64,000 nucleotides of DNA from Thermodesulfovibrionia bacterium (GTDB lineage Bacteria > Nitrospirota > Thermodesulfovibrionia > UBA6902). The notes under the pieces were generated by a model. It worked only from the letters and a program-made list of their open reading frames with translations. It did no database searches and had not been told where the DNA came from. Shown piece after piece: positions 28,355 to 36,553 of this stretch. Each line of letters starts with the position of its first letter. The first letter of the stretch is position 1. The stretch spans positions 37,749 through 101,748 of the forward strand of contig CAVOUK010000011.1 of the NCBI GenBank assembly GCA_963699585.1, in the 5' to 3' direction. Position numbers and translations under genes: made by a program.

Positions 28355-29527
28355 TCAGTCCTCCTCGCCATAAAATCCTGATGTTATATACAGACAGTGG
28401 TCTTTCATCAGGTCCACTGTCTTGGTAATCTGCAATTTACCTTCCGCATTATAAAGTATCTCCACCACCGGGCTGAGCGGGGCGAGCCTGTTAACAGAAA
28501 TAACCTTGCCCACCTCTTTGGAATTAAGCCTGACATAGAGGCCTTCCGGAAATGCAGAGAATTCATTTACAAGGGTCTTGATGATATTGAGTGGAAATTG
28601 TTCTTTCGCTGCGGAAATTATCTCCTTTATGGCCTCAAACGGCAGACACCTCGGCCTGTACGGCCTTGGTTGCAACAAAGCAGAATACATATCTGAAATC
28701 CCGATTATAAGTGAGTTTTCCGGAATATCAATGTCTTTACGGCCCTTAGGATAGCCGGAGCCATCATATCTTTCATGCTCCTGCAAGATTATATCAGCAA
28801 ACCCTTTATACCTGCCTTCAAATTGACGCATTATCTCATATCCATATTCAGGATGTTTCTTTATCAGGGCCATTTCTTCATTGGTCAGCTTGCCCATTTT
28901 TGTAATTATTTCAGACGGCAGTCTAAGCATGCCTACATCATGAAAACACGTCTGCATCACCAGATCTTCCAGCCTGTCATCCCTGAGTTTCAGTCCTATG
29001 CCTACTCTTGCCGCTATTATGGAGGTATTAAGTGAGTGTTTTACTAAATTTTTTATTGTATCGTTATCAGAATCATTTTCTACCTTATATAAAAGCTGCA
29101 TCCATGTGTTAGATTGAGACTTGATATGAGATACTATATCCTGTGCATATGAAAACACAGGATCGATTGAGAAATCCCTTTTGTCCTTTATTTGATGAAA
29201 GATATTAAAAAGATTATTTTCGACTTCATAATAAAGATTCTTTGCACTTTTTATACTCTTCCTGTGTGTAAAATCAAAATCATCTCCAATAATTCTGAAT
29301 GAGACCTCTTCTACTGAAAGTGAAAGCTCTTTCTCCGGGGCAGCTTCACGCCCTTTCACCGGGTCAACTGAATGCTGTTTTAGAGTAGCCTCCCCGGTTA
29401 TTTCCCTGAAGGCAATCTCTTTTCCTCCGGATTCCGCTTTGTTCTCGCCGGATGGTCCGAGCAATTCATATGCTGCATCCCAGATCGGAGGATTAGTCAT
29501 TTTTGTCCCAGTGTTTTGCTTCATCAT
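28355..29527 (-). CDS. HD-GYP domain protein (putative c-di-GMP phosphodiesterase)
   Basis: HDVGMLRLP, HPEYGYEIM, EHERYDGSGYPKG. Confidence 0.8.
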   Translation of the reverse strand: MMKQNTGTKMTNPPIWDAAYELLGPSGENKAESGGKEIAFREITGEATLKQHSVDPVKGREAAPEKELSLSVEEVSFRIIGDDFDFTHRKSIKSAKNLYYEVENNLFNIFHQIKDKRDFSIDPVFSYAQDIVSHIKSQSNTWMQLLYKVENDSDNDTIKNLVKHSLNTSIIAARVGIGLKLRDDRLEDLVMQTCFHDVGMLRLPSEIITKMGKLTNEEMALIKKHPEYGYEIMRQFEGRYKGFADIILQEHERYDGSGYPKGRKDIDIPENSLIIGISDMYSALLQPRPYRPRCLPFEAIKEIISAAKEQFPLNIIKTLVNEFSAFPEGLYVRLNSKEVGKVISVNRLAPLSPVVEILYNAEGKLQITKTVDLMKDHCLYITSGFYGEED

Positions 29528-30311
29528 CTATTACCTTCCTGATATCTTCAGCGTCGACGCTGTATTTCTTTTCATAGGAGGTCACAAGCAGGGCCAGGTC
29601 GCATATCTGATTTATCCTTCTTGGTATGCCGTTCGTATGCTCGTATATCAATATTAATGCATCGGGAGTAAACAGCGTATCTCTGGCCCCTGAGTGAGTT
29701 AACCTGTGAAAAATGTAATCTTTTGTCCCCTCAAATGAAAGGTTCTTTAAGTGAAATTTTATTGTAAGTCTTTGTTCAAGAGGAGGGATATTACGGATTA
29801 TCTTTCTTAATTCAGGCTGGCCCACGAGTATTACGGTCAGGAGGAATTTGCCGTCGAGCTGATAATTCAGAAGGAGCCTTATCTCCTCAAGTATATTTAT
29901 ATCGGTGATAAGATGCGCCTCATCTATTATCAGGACTGTAGTTTTACCGTTATGATAATTGGAGACAAGCTTATCTCTGATATCATGGATGAGGTCCAGT
30001 TTGGTTGAGGCATCTGATTTTACTTTCATCTGGTACAGTATCTCTTTCAGAAATTCATTTACACAGAGAAGGGGATTAATGATCATCGCAACATCAATAT
30101 TTTTATCAGTCAGTTTTTTAATTACTACATTGGTGACCGTGGTTTTGCCTATTCCGACCTCACCTGTAAAGAGCGCCGCTCCTTTGCCATACCTGATGGC
30201 GTAGGATATCCTGCTCCTGGCTTCTTCATGAACTGAAGAAGGGAAATATTTATCAGGGTCGCTTACGATCTGAAATGGAAGACTTGACAGTCCCCAATAG
30301 CTCTCATACAA
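29493..30311 (-). CDS. ExeA/GspA-like AAA ATPase (type found at PEP-CTERM/EPS loci)
   Basis: TTG start 8 nt after AGGAGG. YWGLSSLPF.., GEVGIGKTT Walker A, VLIIDEAH Walker B. Confidence 0.8.
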   Translation of the reverse strand: MYESYWGLSSLPFQIVSDPDKYFPSSVHEEARSRISYAIRYGKGAALFTGEVGIGKTTVTNVVIKKLTDKNIDVAMIINPLLCVNEFLKEILYQMKVKSDASTKLDLIHDIRDKLVSNYHNGKTTVLIIDEAHLITDINILEEIRLLLNYQLDGKFLLTVILVGQPELRKIIRNIPPLEQRLTIKFHLKNLSFEGTKDYIFHRLTHSGARDTLFTPDALILIYEHTNGIPRRINQICDLALLVTSYEKKYSVDAEDIRKVIDDEAKHWDKND

Positions 30312-30483
30312 ATGAGTTGCCTCCTTTTGTTATATCGGATGCCTCGTTGCAGAGTTTACATAACCTGCTAATAACATTAAGATTTATCATATTAATTTCA
30401 GTTGTCATAACTGTCCACTCCCGGCATTTATGGCCTACACCTATCTATCGTCATAACTAATAGTAAACTTTAACTATTAAGAA

Positions 30484-30684
30484 GATAGGAGGTAGGTAAT
30501 GGGTGATAGGTCGCAGGTCATAGGTAGTAAGAAATAGGAAGTAGGCAACGAGCATCAAGCAAATGGTTAAGAAGAAATATTTAACCTATTAAAAAGACAG
30601 TGTTTATTAAACGGCCAGCACTCGTCACTAGTTACTGATTTCTTATCCCCTACCCCTATAACCTACTACCTATAACCTATCACC
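30484..30684. repeat. Word-array hairpin: C-free left arm of (a/g)taggt words, about 90-nt spacer, G-free right arm of acctа-type complementary words (acctat/acctac)
   Basis: ggtgataggt (30502-30511) pairs with acctatcacc (30675-30684); ataggtagt (30520-30528) pairs with actacctat (30664-30672). 30638-30684 contains no G. Confidence 0.7.
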
Positions 30685-30701
30685 GCCAGTTAATTGCATG
30701 C

Positions 30702-30721
30702 TTGACACATTGTGATATAAT
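30702..30721 (+). promoter_or_regulatory. Candidate extended -10 promoter (TGaTATAAT) for the gene at 30872
   Basis: tgatataat at 30713-30721, about 150 nt upstream of the ATG. The adjacent TTGACA (30702-30707) is too close to serve as a -35. Confidence 0.3.
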
Positions 30722-30871
30722 GCTTTTAAAGGCAGTACAGCACAAAACAATATGTATCTTCTATCCCGGCAATATCCGAAAATAAATTATTTACATTATT
30801 TATATGAAGTGGAAAGATTCCGGGCAAGCCGGAATGACGACCTATGCAAACGTTAAGATCAGGAGGTCATT

Positions 30872-31378
30872 ATGAACGGAAAGAAACTTAATTCATTAAA
30901 TCATCGAAAGAGCATGGATACATCAAGTGACCCATATCTTCTGCAGGACATAAAGTATGAAAATGCAGTATGCAGGAGATGTCACGCTTTATATCAGAAC
31001 AAGAGATGGCGCTTTGATGAAGAGTTATATCAAAAGATGAATGAATGGAACAGCACAACTAAAGTGTTATGTCCCGCATGCCAGAAAATAAAGGACAAAT
31101 TCCCCGGCGGTATTGTAACACTGAAGGGGGATTTTTTGAGAGAACATAAGGATGAGATAATAAACCTGATCAAAAATGAAGAAGAAAGAGCAATGGGATT
31201 CAATCCCCTTGAACGGATAATGGAAATAAATGATATCAGTAAAGGGATGGAACTGACAACGACAAATGAAAAACTTGCTCAAAGAATAGGTAAAAGCCTC
31301 CACAGCGCATATCAGGGCAGGGTAGGGTATAAGTGGTCACAGGACACGAAACTTGTCAGGGTAGAATGGGAGCGGTGA
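30872..31378 (+). CDS. Zinc-ribbon protein, BCAM0308-like family (function unknown)
   Basis: AGGAGG 7 nt upstream. CRRCHALY..CPACQKI Cys4 then ..PLERIMEI..LTTTNEKLAQRIGK..; the family name is from memory. Confidence 0.45.
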   Translation: MNGKKLNSLNHRKSMDTSSDPYLLQDIKYENAVCRRCHALYQNKRWRFDEELYQKMNEWNSTTKVLCPACQKIKDKFPGGIVTLKGDFLREHKDEIINLIKNEEERAMGFNPLERIMEINDISKGMELTTTNEKLAQRIGKSLHSAYQGRVGYKWSQDTKLVRVEWER

Positions 31379-31515
31379 CTGAAGAAGTGCAGAAGTGCAA
31401 AAGCGCGGAAGTCTTTATTAGTCATTCCCGTGCTTAAAGCACCTACTGTTGGAGGTCTTTATCGGGAATCTAATGTGTCTCAAAATTATAATTTAAAAAA
31501 ATGAAGGATATATAA

Positions 31516-32511
31516 TTGAGGGCCCTTGTTTTCGAACGCAAACTTGAATATGTAACCGACTACCCGACTCCGGTACCCAAACTGGATGAAGCATTAATAC
31601 GTGTTACCCGTGCAGGGATCTGCAATACTGATATTGAGATCATAAAAGGCTATATGAATTTTCACGGGATTCCCGGACACGAATTCACAGGAGTGGTTGA
31701 GAAATGCGAAGACAAAGATCTGACAGGAAAACGTGTTGTCGGGGAAATAAACATTGGTTGCAATACCTGTTCCTTTTGCAGGAACAATATGCGCAACCAT
31801 TGTCCTGACAGGGCAGTCCTGGGTATTCTTAACAGGAATGGCGCATTTGCCGAATATTTAACCCTGCCTGTCAGCAACCTGCATTTGGTCCCTGATTCCA
31901 TATCAGATGATGAAGCAGTATTTGTTGAACCTCTTGCAGCAGCCTTTGAGATCCTTCGCCAGGTAAATATATCGTCCACTGATAAAGTCTGTGTACTTGG
32001 TGACGGAAAGCTTGGTTTGCTTGCCGGACAGGTCCTTGCCTCAACCGGCTGTGATCTTGTGGTGGCAGGAAAGCATAAGGAGAAATTGTCCATTCTTGAA
32101 GAGATGGGTATTAGAACTGAACTGGTTTCAACAGGCACTGCAGGGGCAATTGATAAATTACCCCTGCAAATTGGTGATAAGGGCGGGCAATTCGATATTG
32201 TCATTGACTGCACCGGATCATCATTTGGAATTGAAAATGCCCTTGATATTGTAAAACCGGGAGGTAAAATTATTCTTAAGACAACAGTTGCTGATACAGT
32301 TCCTCTGGATATCAACCGGATTGTGATCAGGGAAATAAGTCTCATTGGTTCACGCTGCGGACCTTTTAAGCCGGCTATACATGCAATAGAAACAAAGAAA
32401 GTGAATCTTTTGCCTTTGGTCAGTGCAGTATTTTCCCTTAAAGACGGGATAAAGGCGTTTGAATTTGCATCCCGCAGAGGTGTATTAAAAGTTATTTTAG
32501 AATTTAACTAA
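31516..32511 (+). CDS. Zinc-dependent medium-chain dehydrogenase/reductase (alcohol dehydrogenase family)
   Basis: GICNTDIEIIKG..GHEFTGVV, structural-Zn CNTCSFCRNNMRNHC, GDGKLGLLAGQV Rossmann motif. TTG start. Confidence 0.8.
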   Translation: MRALVFERKLEYVTDYPTPVPKLDEALIRVTRAGICNTDIEIIKGYMNFHGIPGHEFTGVVEKCEDKDLTGKRVVGEINIGCNTCSFCRNNMRNHCPDRAVLGILNRNGAFAEYLTLPVSNLHLVPDSISDDEAVFVEPLAAAFEILRQVNISSTDKVCVLGDGKLGLLAGQVLASTGCDLVVAGKHKEKLSILEEMGIRTELVSTGTAGAIDKLPLQIGDKGGQFDIVIDCTGSSFGIENALDIVKPGGKIILKTTVADTVPLDINRIVIREISLIGSRCGPFKPAIHAIETKKVNLLPLVSAVFSLKDGIKAFEFASRRGVLKVILEFN

Positions 32512-33615
32512 ATCTGGCAGTTTATCCGGATCTCCGAGCACCCTTAAAAATGCAGCCACTACATCAGAATCGAATTGTATTCCCTTATATTTATTAAGTT
32601 CAGACAATGCATACTGAATTCCGGGAGAATTCCTGTAAGGCCTGTTGGATGTCATAGAGTCAAATGAATCAGCCACATGGAGTATTTTGGCGCCTATTGG
32701 TATTTCTTCTCCCATAAGCCCGTATGGATATCCTGTACCGTCAAGCTTCTCATGATGAAATTCAATTATGGGGATAATTTCCCTTAACTGTTTAATCTCT
32801 TTAAGGATGGCTGCGCCCTGCGAAGGGTGTTTTTTAACGATCTCATATTCTTCCGCTGTGAGTTTGCCCGGTTTATCCAGAAGATGATCGTAGGTCCCGA
32901 TCTTTCCGATATCATGGAGGATCCCTGCAAGTTTTATGTTTTTTATTTCTTCATTGTCGATCATCATCTCCAGCGCTATCAACTCTGCGTACAATGATAC
33001 TCTTTCGGAATGACCCTTGGTCCAGGGGCTTTTAGCATCAAGAGTATTTACCATTACATGAATGAATTTAATAAACAATTCTTCGAGTTCCTTGTATGAT
33101 TCATTCAGGTCCTCAAGCATGTTGAGAAAAGCTTCTCTGCCTGTTTGGGCTTTTTGCTCTCTTAATCTCACATCTTCTAACGCATGGACATATATATCGA
33201 GAAGTTCCTTGAAAGCTTCGCCGGAAGCTTTTGTCTCGGAAATATCCGTGATGGAATGGATAGCACCGACAGTATTTTCTTTATAAACAATAACTGATGA
33301 ATATACAAGCAGATATTTCTTCAGGAATGATGAATAAACTTCAGCAGTGTATATCTGACTGTTATTTTCAGGAGTTGGCGGAGGGCATTGCCCGTCGGCC
33401 CTGTCAGTACAATCAACTATATCATGATATTTTTTACCCGATAAATCGCCGGCATCGGAATACATGATTTTCATTGCTTTGTTTAAAAAAACAATATTGA
33501 GGTCCTGGTCAACTATAAAGACCGGATGCGGCAGGGCATTGAATATTTCCAGATGCTCTTTTAAATATTCTTTAAGAACAGACTGCAGTTCCTTATCAGT
33601 TTTTAATGAACTCAT
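32497..33615 (-). CDS. PAS-like + HD-GYP domain protein
   Basis: HDIGKIG, KKHPSQGAAIL, HHEKLDGTGYPYG. Confidence 0.8.
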   Translation of the reverse strand: MSSLKTDKELQSVLKEYLKEHLEIFNALPHPVFIVDQDLNIVFLNKAMKIMYSDAGDLSGKKYHDIVDCTDRADGQCPPPTPENNSQIYTAEVYSSFLKKYLLVYSSVIVYKENTVGAIHSITDISETKASGEAFKELLDIYVHALEDVRLREQKAQTGREAFLNMLEDLNESYKELEELFIKFIHVMVNTLDAKSPWTKGHSERVSLYAELIALEMMIDNEEIKNIKLAGILHDIGKIGTYDHLLDKPGKLTAEEYEIVKKHPSQGAAILKEIKQLREIIPIIEFHHEKLDGTGYPYGLMGEEIPIGAKILHVADSFDSMTSNRPYRNSPGIQYALSELNKYKGIQFDSDVVAAFLRVLGDPDKLPDLVKF

Positions 33616-35308
33616 TTTCCCTGTACTTAGAAAGTTCAGCGTTAAGTTTCTTGAGTTCTTTTTTCAGTTCCTTCATCTTCAGTTCTCTGCCTACAGCCAT
33701 CTCATAAAACGTCTCGAGGTCCTGGATCTGGTTTTTAAGGTTTTGTTCGGATTGCTGAAGTTGCTGCTGGGCTTTTGTAATGCTTGTTATGTCCGTGGCG
33801 ATAATGACGGTATGCATATAATTGCCTTTTTTGTCATGTAACGGACGCTGACTTACATAAAACCAGTGATCATCCTTTGTCTTAAATTCTTTCCTGTCCA
33901 TGGGTTCTTCCTTTTTTATAAGCTCCTGACAATAGTTAAATTCCGTCTGATCGGACAGTGAGAAATATTCATAGTATTTTTTATTTACGATGCTGTGTAT
34001 CGGCAATCCGGTATACTGTGCAAAACTGCTGTTGCATCTCCTTATATTGAACTGCTTGTCTATAAGCAGAATAAACTCATTAACACTGTCAAATGTTACC
34101 TCCCACTCTATCTTTGCCCTTGTCAAAATCTTCAGCAGCTGATTGTGTTCTTCTTCTATCTGTTTACGCTGCGTTATGTCTCTGACAACGTGTATGAGGC
34201 CTATGAATTCATTATTACTGTTGAAACGGGGGATTGCCCTTACCTCCACGTATTTTTCCAGATAAGGCTCAAACACTTCAAAAGTACCATATTCCCCTGT
34301 TGTTATGCATTTACAGCTCTGACAACTCTCAGGAGCGCTTTCCGTGCCATGATAGTATTTGTAACACTTGTTTATTTTACCCGGTGACAGAGAAGGTAAA
34401 TTAAGTATTTCCTGTGCTGCTTTATTGGCCTGAATTATATTGAAATTTTTATCATGAATAGTGATCATATCCGGAATGGCGTTAAAAGAATCCTCCCAGT
34501 CCTGCTTTGACTGGAGGACCATTTCTTTCATCTTTTTGCGTTCAGTTATATCTGTTATGCTTAAAAGAATGCCGGCCTTTTCTTCCTCATCGGACCCGGT
34601 TGCTTTATTTCCGATGTGTGATATTGTCGCTGAAAAGATCAGGTTTATATCCGAATCCACGGGAACAAGAACGAACTCCTTTTCTAACATAATACCTGTC
34701 TCAAGATTTTCTCTGATCTCATTTTTCAATAAAGAAGTAAACTGCTCAATCGATATGGACGGAAATTGATACTGTAATTTTTCAAAGGCTTTGTTCGTTG
34801 ACAGTATGTTAGCTCTGTTGCTTAAGACAATCAGAATTGATGGAACAGAAGCCACTATATTGTCTGTATATTCTTTAGCCGTTGCAAGGTTGTTTAAAGA
34901 TTTCTCAATATGATCAGCCATAAAATTAAAGCCATCCGCAAGCTGGCCTACCTCATCATGGCTTTTGATTTTAATCCTGGAATTCCATTTGCCCTCCGCC
35001 AGTTCAATCATGCCTGCAGTTAATTTTTTTATAGGCCTCGTAATGGTCCTGGACATGAAAAATGCGATAAGCAATGCAATAAAAATCCCTGAAACAGTAA
35101 TCCCTGAACCTAATATTACAAAATATTTGGTGATCTGTTTGATTATCACAGGGGAAAGAGATATACGCGAAAGTACTTCCTGGATCGCTTCCAGAAAAAT
35201 AATATTTATTGAAATACCGGCAATTGTCAGGCCAAGGAACAGGAATATAAGGATCTTATTGCTGAGGCTTATTTTTGGAGATTTAATTTTGTAAAAAGTA
35301 TTATTCAT
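33596..35308 (-). CDS. Membrane sensor: 2 TM + HAMP + two or three PAS domains + C-terminal coiled coil, no recognisable output domain
   Basis: TRPIKKLTAGMIELAEGKWN..DEVGQLADGFNFM (HAMP); PAS-like blocks; ends in a Lys/Glu-rich coiled coil. Its 3' end overlaps the HD-GYP start by 20 nt. Confidence 0.7.
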   Translation of the reverse strand: MNNTFYKIKSPKISLSNKILIFLFLGLTIAGISINIIFLEAIQEVLSRISLSPVIIKQITKYFVILGSGITVSGIFIALLIAFFMSRTITRPIKKLTAGMIELAEGKWNSRIKIKSHDEVGQLADGFNFMADHIEKSLNNLATAKEYTDNIVASVPSILIVLSNRANILSTNKAFEKLQYQFPSISIEQFTSLLKNEIRENLETGIMLEKEFVLVPVDSDINLIFSATISHIGNKATGSDEEEKAGILLSITDITERKKMKEMVLQSKQDWEDSFNAIPDMITIHDKNFNIIQANKAAQEILNLPSLSPGKINKCYKYYHGTESAPESCQSCKCITTGEYGTFEVFEPYLEKYVEVRAIPRFNSNNEFIGLIHVVRDITQRKQIEEEHNQLLKILTRAKIEWEVTFDSVNEFILLIDKQFNIRRCNSSFAQYTGLPIHSIVNKKYYEYFSLSDQTEFNYCQELIKKEEPMDRKEFKTKDDHWFYVSQRPLHDKKGNYMHTVIIATDITSITKAQQQLQQSEQNLKNQIQDLETFYEMAVGRELKMKELKKELKKLNAELSKYRENEFIKN

Positions 35309-35460
35309 TTGTATTATAAACAGACAGAAAGCCTTCCTGAAATCATTTCATTATCATGTTTGACATATTGTTTATAGCAATCAACTGCTTGTTTTTTATC
35401 AATATTTAATTTATAGATATCTATATGCTATATTATCGGTAAAACTGTTGAAAAACTTGA

Positions 35461-35535
35461 TATAAAGGAGTAAGGGATAAGGATTAAGGGGTATGGAGTA
35501 AGCGATTAATCCCTAATCCATAATCCATAACCCCT
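35461..35535. repeat. Word-array hairpin (ggat(t)a(a)gg words / complementary ccataat words)
   Basis: 35461-35502 contains no C; 35505-35535 contains no G. The arms are complementary word arrays with almost no loop. Confidence 0.65.
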
Positions 35536-35583
35536 GATGATCTATTAGAAGACATAATTAGGCCATTTTTGATAGATTAGTAT

Positions 35584-36318
35584 ATGAATAATTTCAGGAC
35601 TGCAGGAATAATTATTATCGGAAACGAGATATTGTCAGGTAAGGTACATGATGTTAACTCTTATTATCTCACCAGTGAACTGAGAAGCCTTGGAGTGGAT
35701 GTCAGGAGGATATCGGTCATTCCTGATGAGACAGAGATCATCGGCATGGAAGCAGTGAAATTTTCAGAAAGATATGATCATGTTTTTACATCAGGAGGTG
35801 TAGGGCCTACCCATGATGACGTTACCATGACAGGCATAGCAAGAGGTTTCGGCGTTAAACTTGCTGTCCACCCCGTGATCAGGAATTTTCTATGTGCAAG
35901 ATATGAGAACAATCTTAACAGCACTGTCCTGAAAATGGCAGAGATCCCTGAAGGTGCGGAAGTATATTTTGAAAAGGGAATGCGCTTCCCCATTGTTTCT
36001 TATAAAAACATTTTTATCTTTCCCGGCATACCTGAATATTTGAGAGATAAATTTTCTGCTATCAAAGAAAGATTCAGGGATTCAGCGTTTTACCTGAAAA
36101 GGCTTTTTCTCAGTGTTCATGAGTCCGAATTCGCAGAGGTCCTTAACCTTGTTGTTTCAGCAAATCCTCAGGTCCAGTTCGGTTCATATCCAATTCAGGG
36201 AAAACAGGAATACAGGGTCATAATAACCGCCGAATCCAGATCGGCAGATCATTTAAACATAGCGTTAAATGATCTGATAAGCAGACTTCCCGGAAATATT
36301 ATTGTAAAAGTAGAGTAA
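35584..36318 (+). CDS. MoCF-biosynthesis/CinA-N-like molybdopterin-binding domain protein
   Basis: AGIIIIGNEILSGKVHDVNS..FTSGGVGPTHDDVT. Confidence 0.7.
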   Translation: MNNFRTAGIIIIGNEILSGKVHDVNSYYLTSELRSLGVDVRRISVIPDETEIIGMEAVKFSERYDHVFTSGGVGPTHDDVTMTGIARGFGVKLAVHPVIRNFLCARYENNLNSTVLKMAEIPEGAEVYFEKGMRFPIVSYKNIFIFPGIPEYLRDKFSAIKERFRDSAFYLKRLFLSVHESEFAEVLNLVVSANPQVQFGSYPIQGKQEYRVIITAESRSADHLNIALNDLISRLPGNIIVKVE

Positions 36319-36339
36319 CCTGCACATTATCATTTTTCA

Positions 36340-36507
36340 GCAGACATGCAAGCCTGTTCCAGAATTTCTATAATCGACAAGAGGATTATTAGCACATTTG
36401 CTTCAGAGCAGTTAAGCTGTTTTTCTTTCCCTGAGTACTGACTGCTGTCTACTGACTACTTTTTAGAGGTGTCGCATAGAAATTCTTCCACAGCCTTTCA
36501 TGTCTGC
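36340..36507 (+). repeat. MITE-like / structured element, copy B (long palindromic form)
   Basis: Left arm 36343-36377 (agacatgcaagcctgttccagaatttctataatcgac) and right arm 36471-36505 (gtcgcatagaaattcttccacagcctttcatgtct) are imperfect inverted repeats. The loop carries ctgact(g/a)ct words. The core is shared with 12997-13105. Confidence 0.7.
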
Positions 36508-36553
36508 AATCCATTGGAATGGAATTCACCATTAATGATATGGGCTATAGATC

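Noticed and set aside
30484-30684. Intergenic repeat clusters as CRISPR arrays (also 35461-35535, 38054-38146, 44153-44236 and 56070-56149).
   Set aside because: The repeat units are only 7-9 nt, degenerate, tandem without spacers, and paired with complementary arrays. No cas genes are present. They are not CRISPR architecture.
30702-30707. TTGACA as the -35 box for the TATAAT at 30716-30721.
   Set aside because: The spacing is only 8 nt. Only an extended -10 (TGnTATAAT) reading is tenable, and that remains low confidence.
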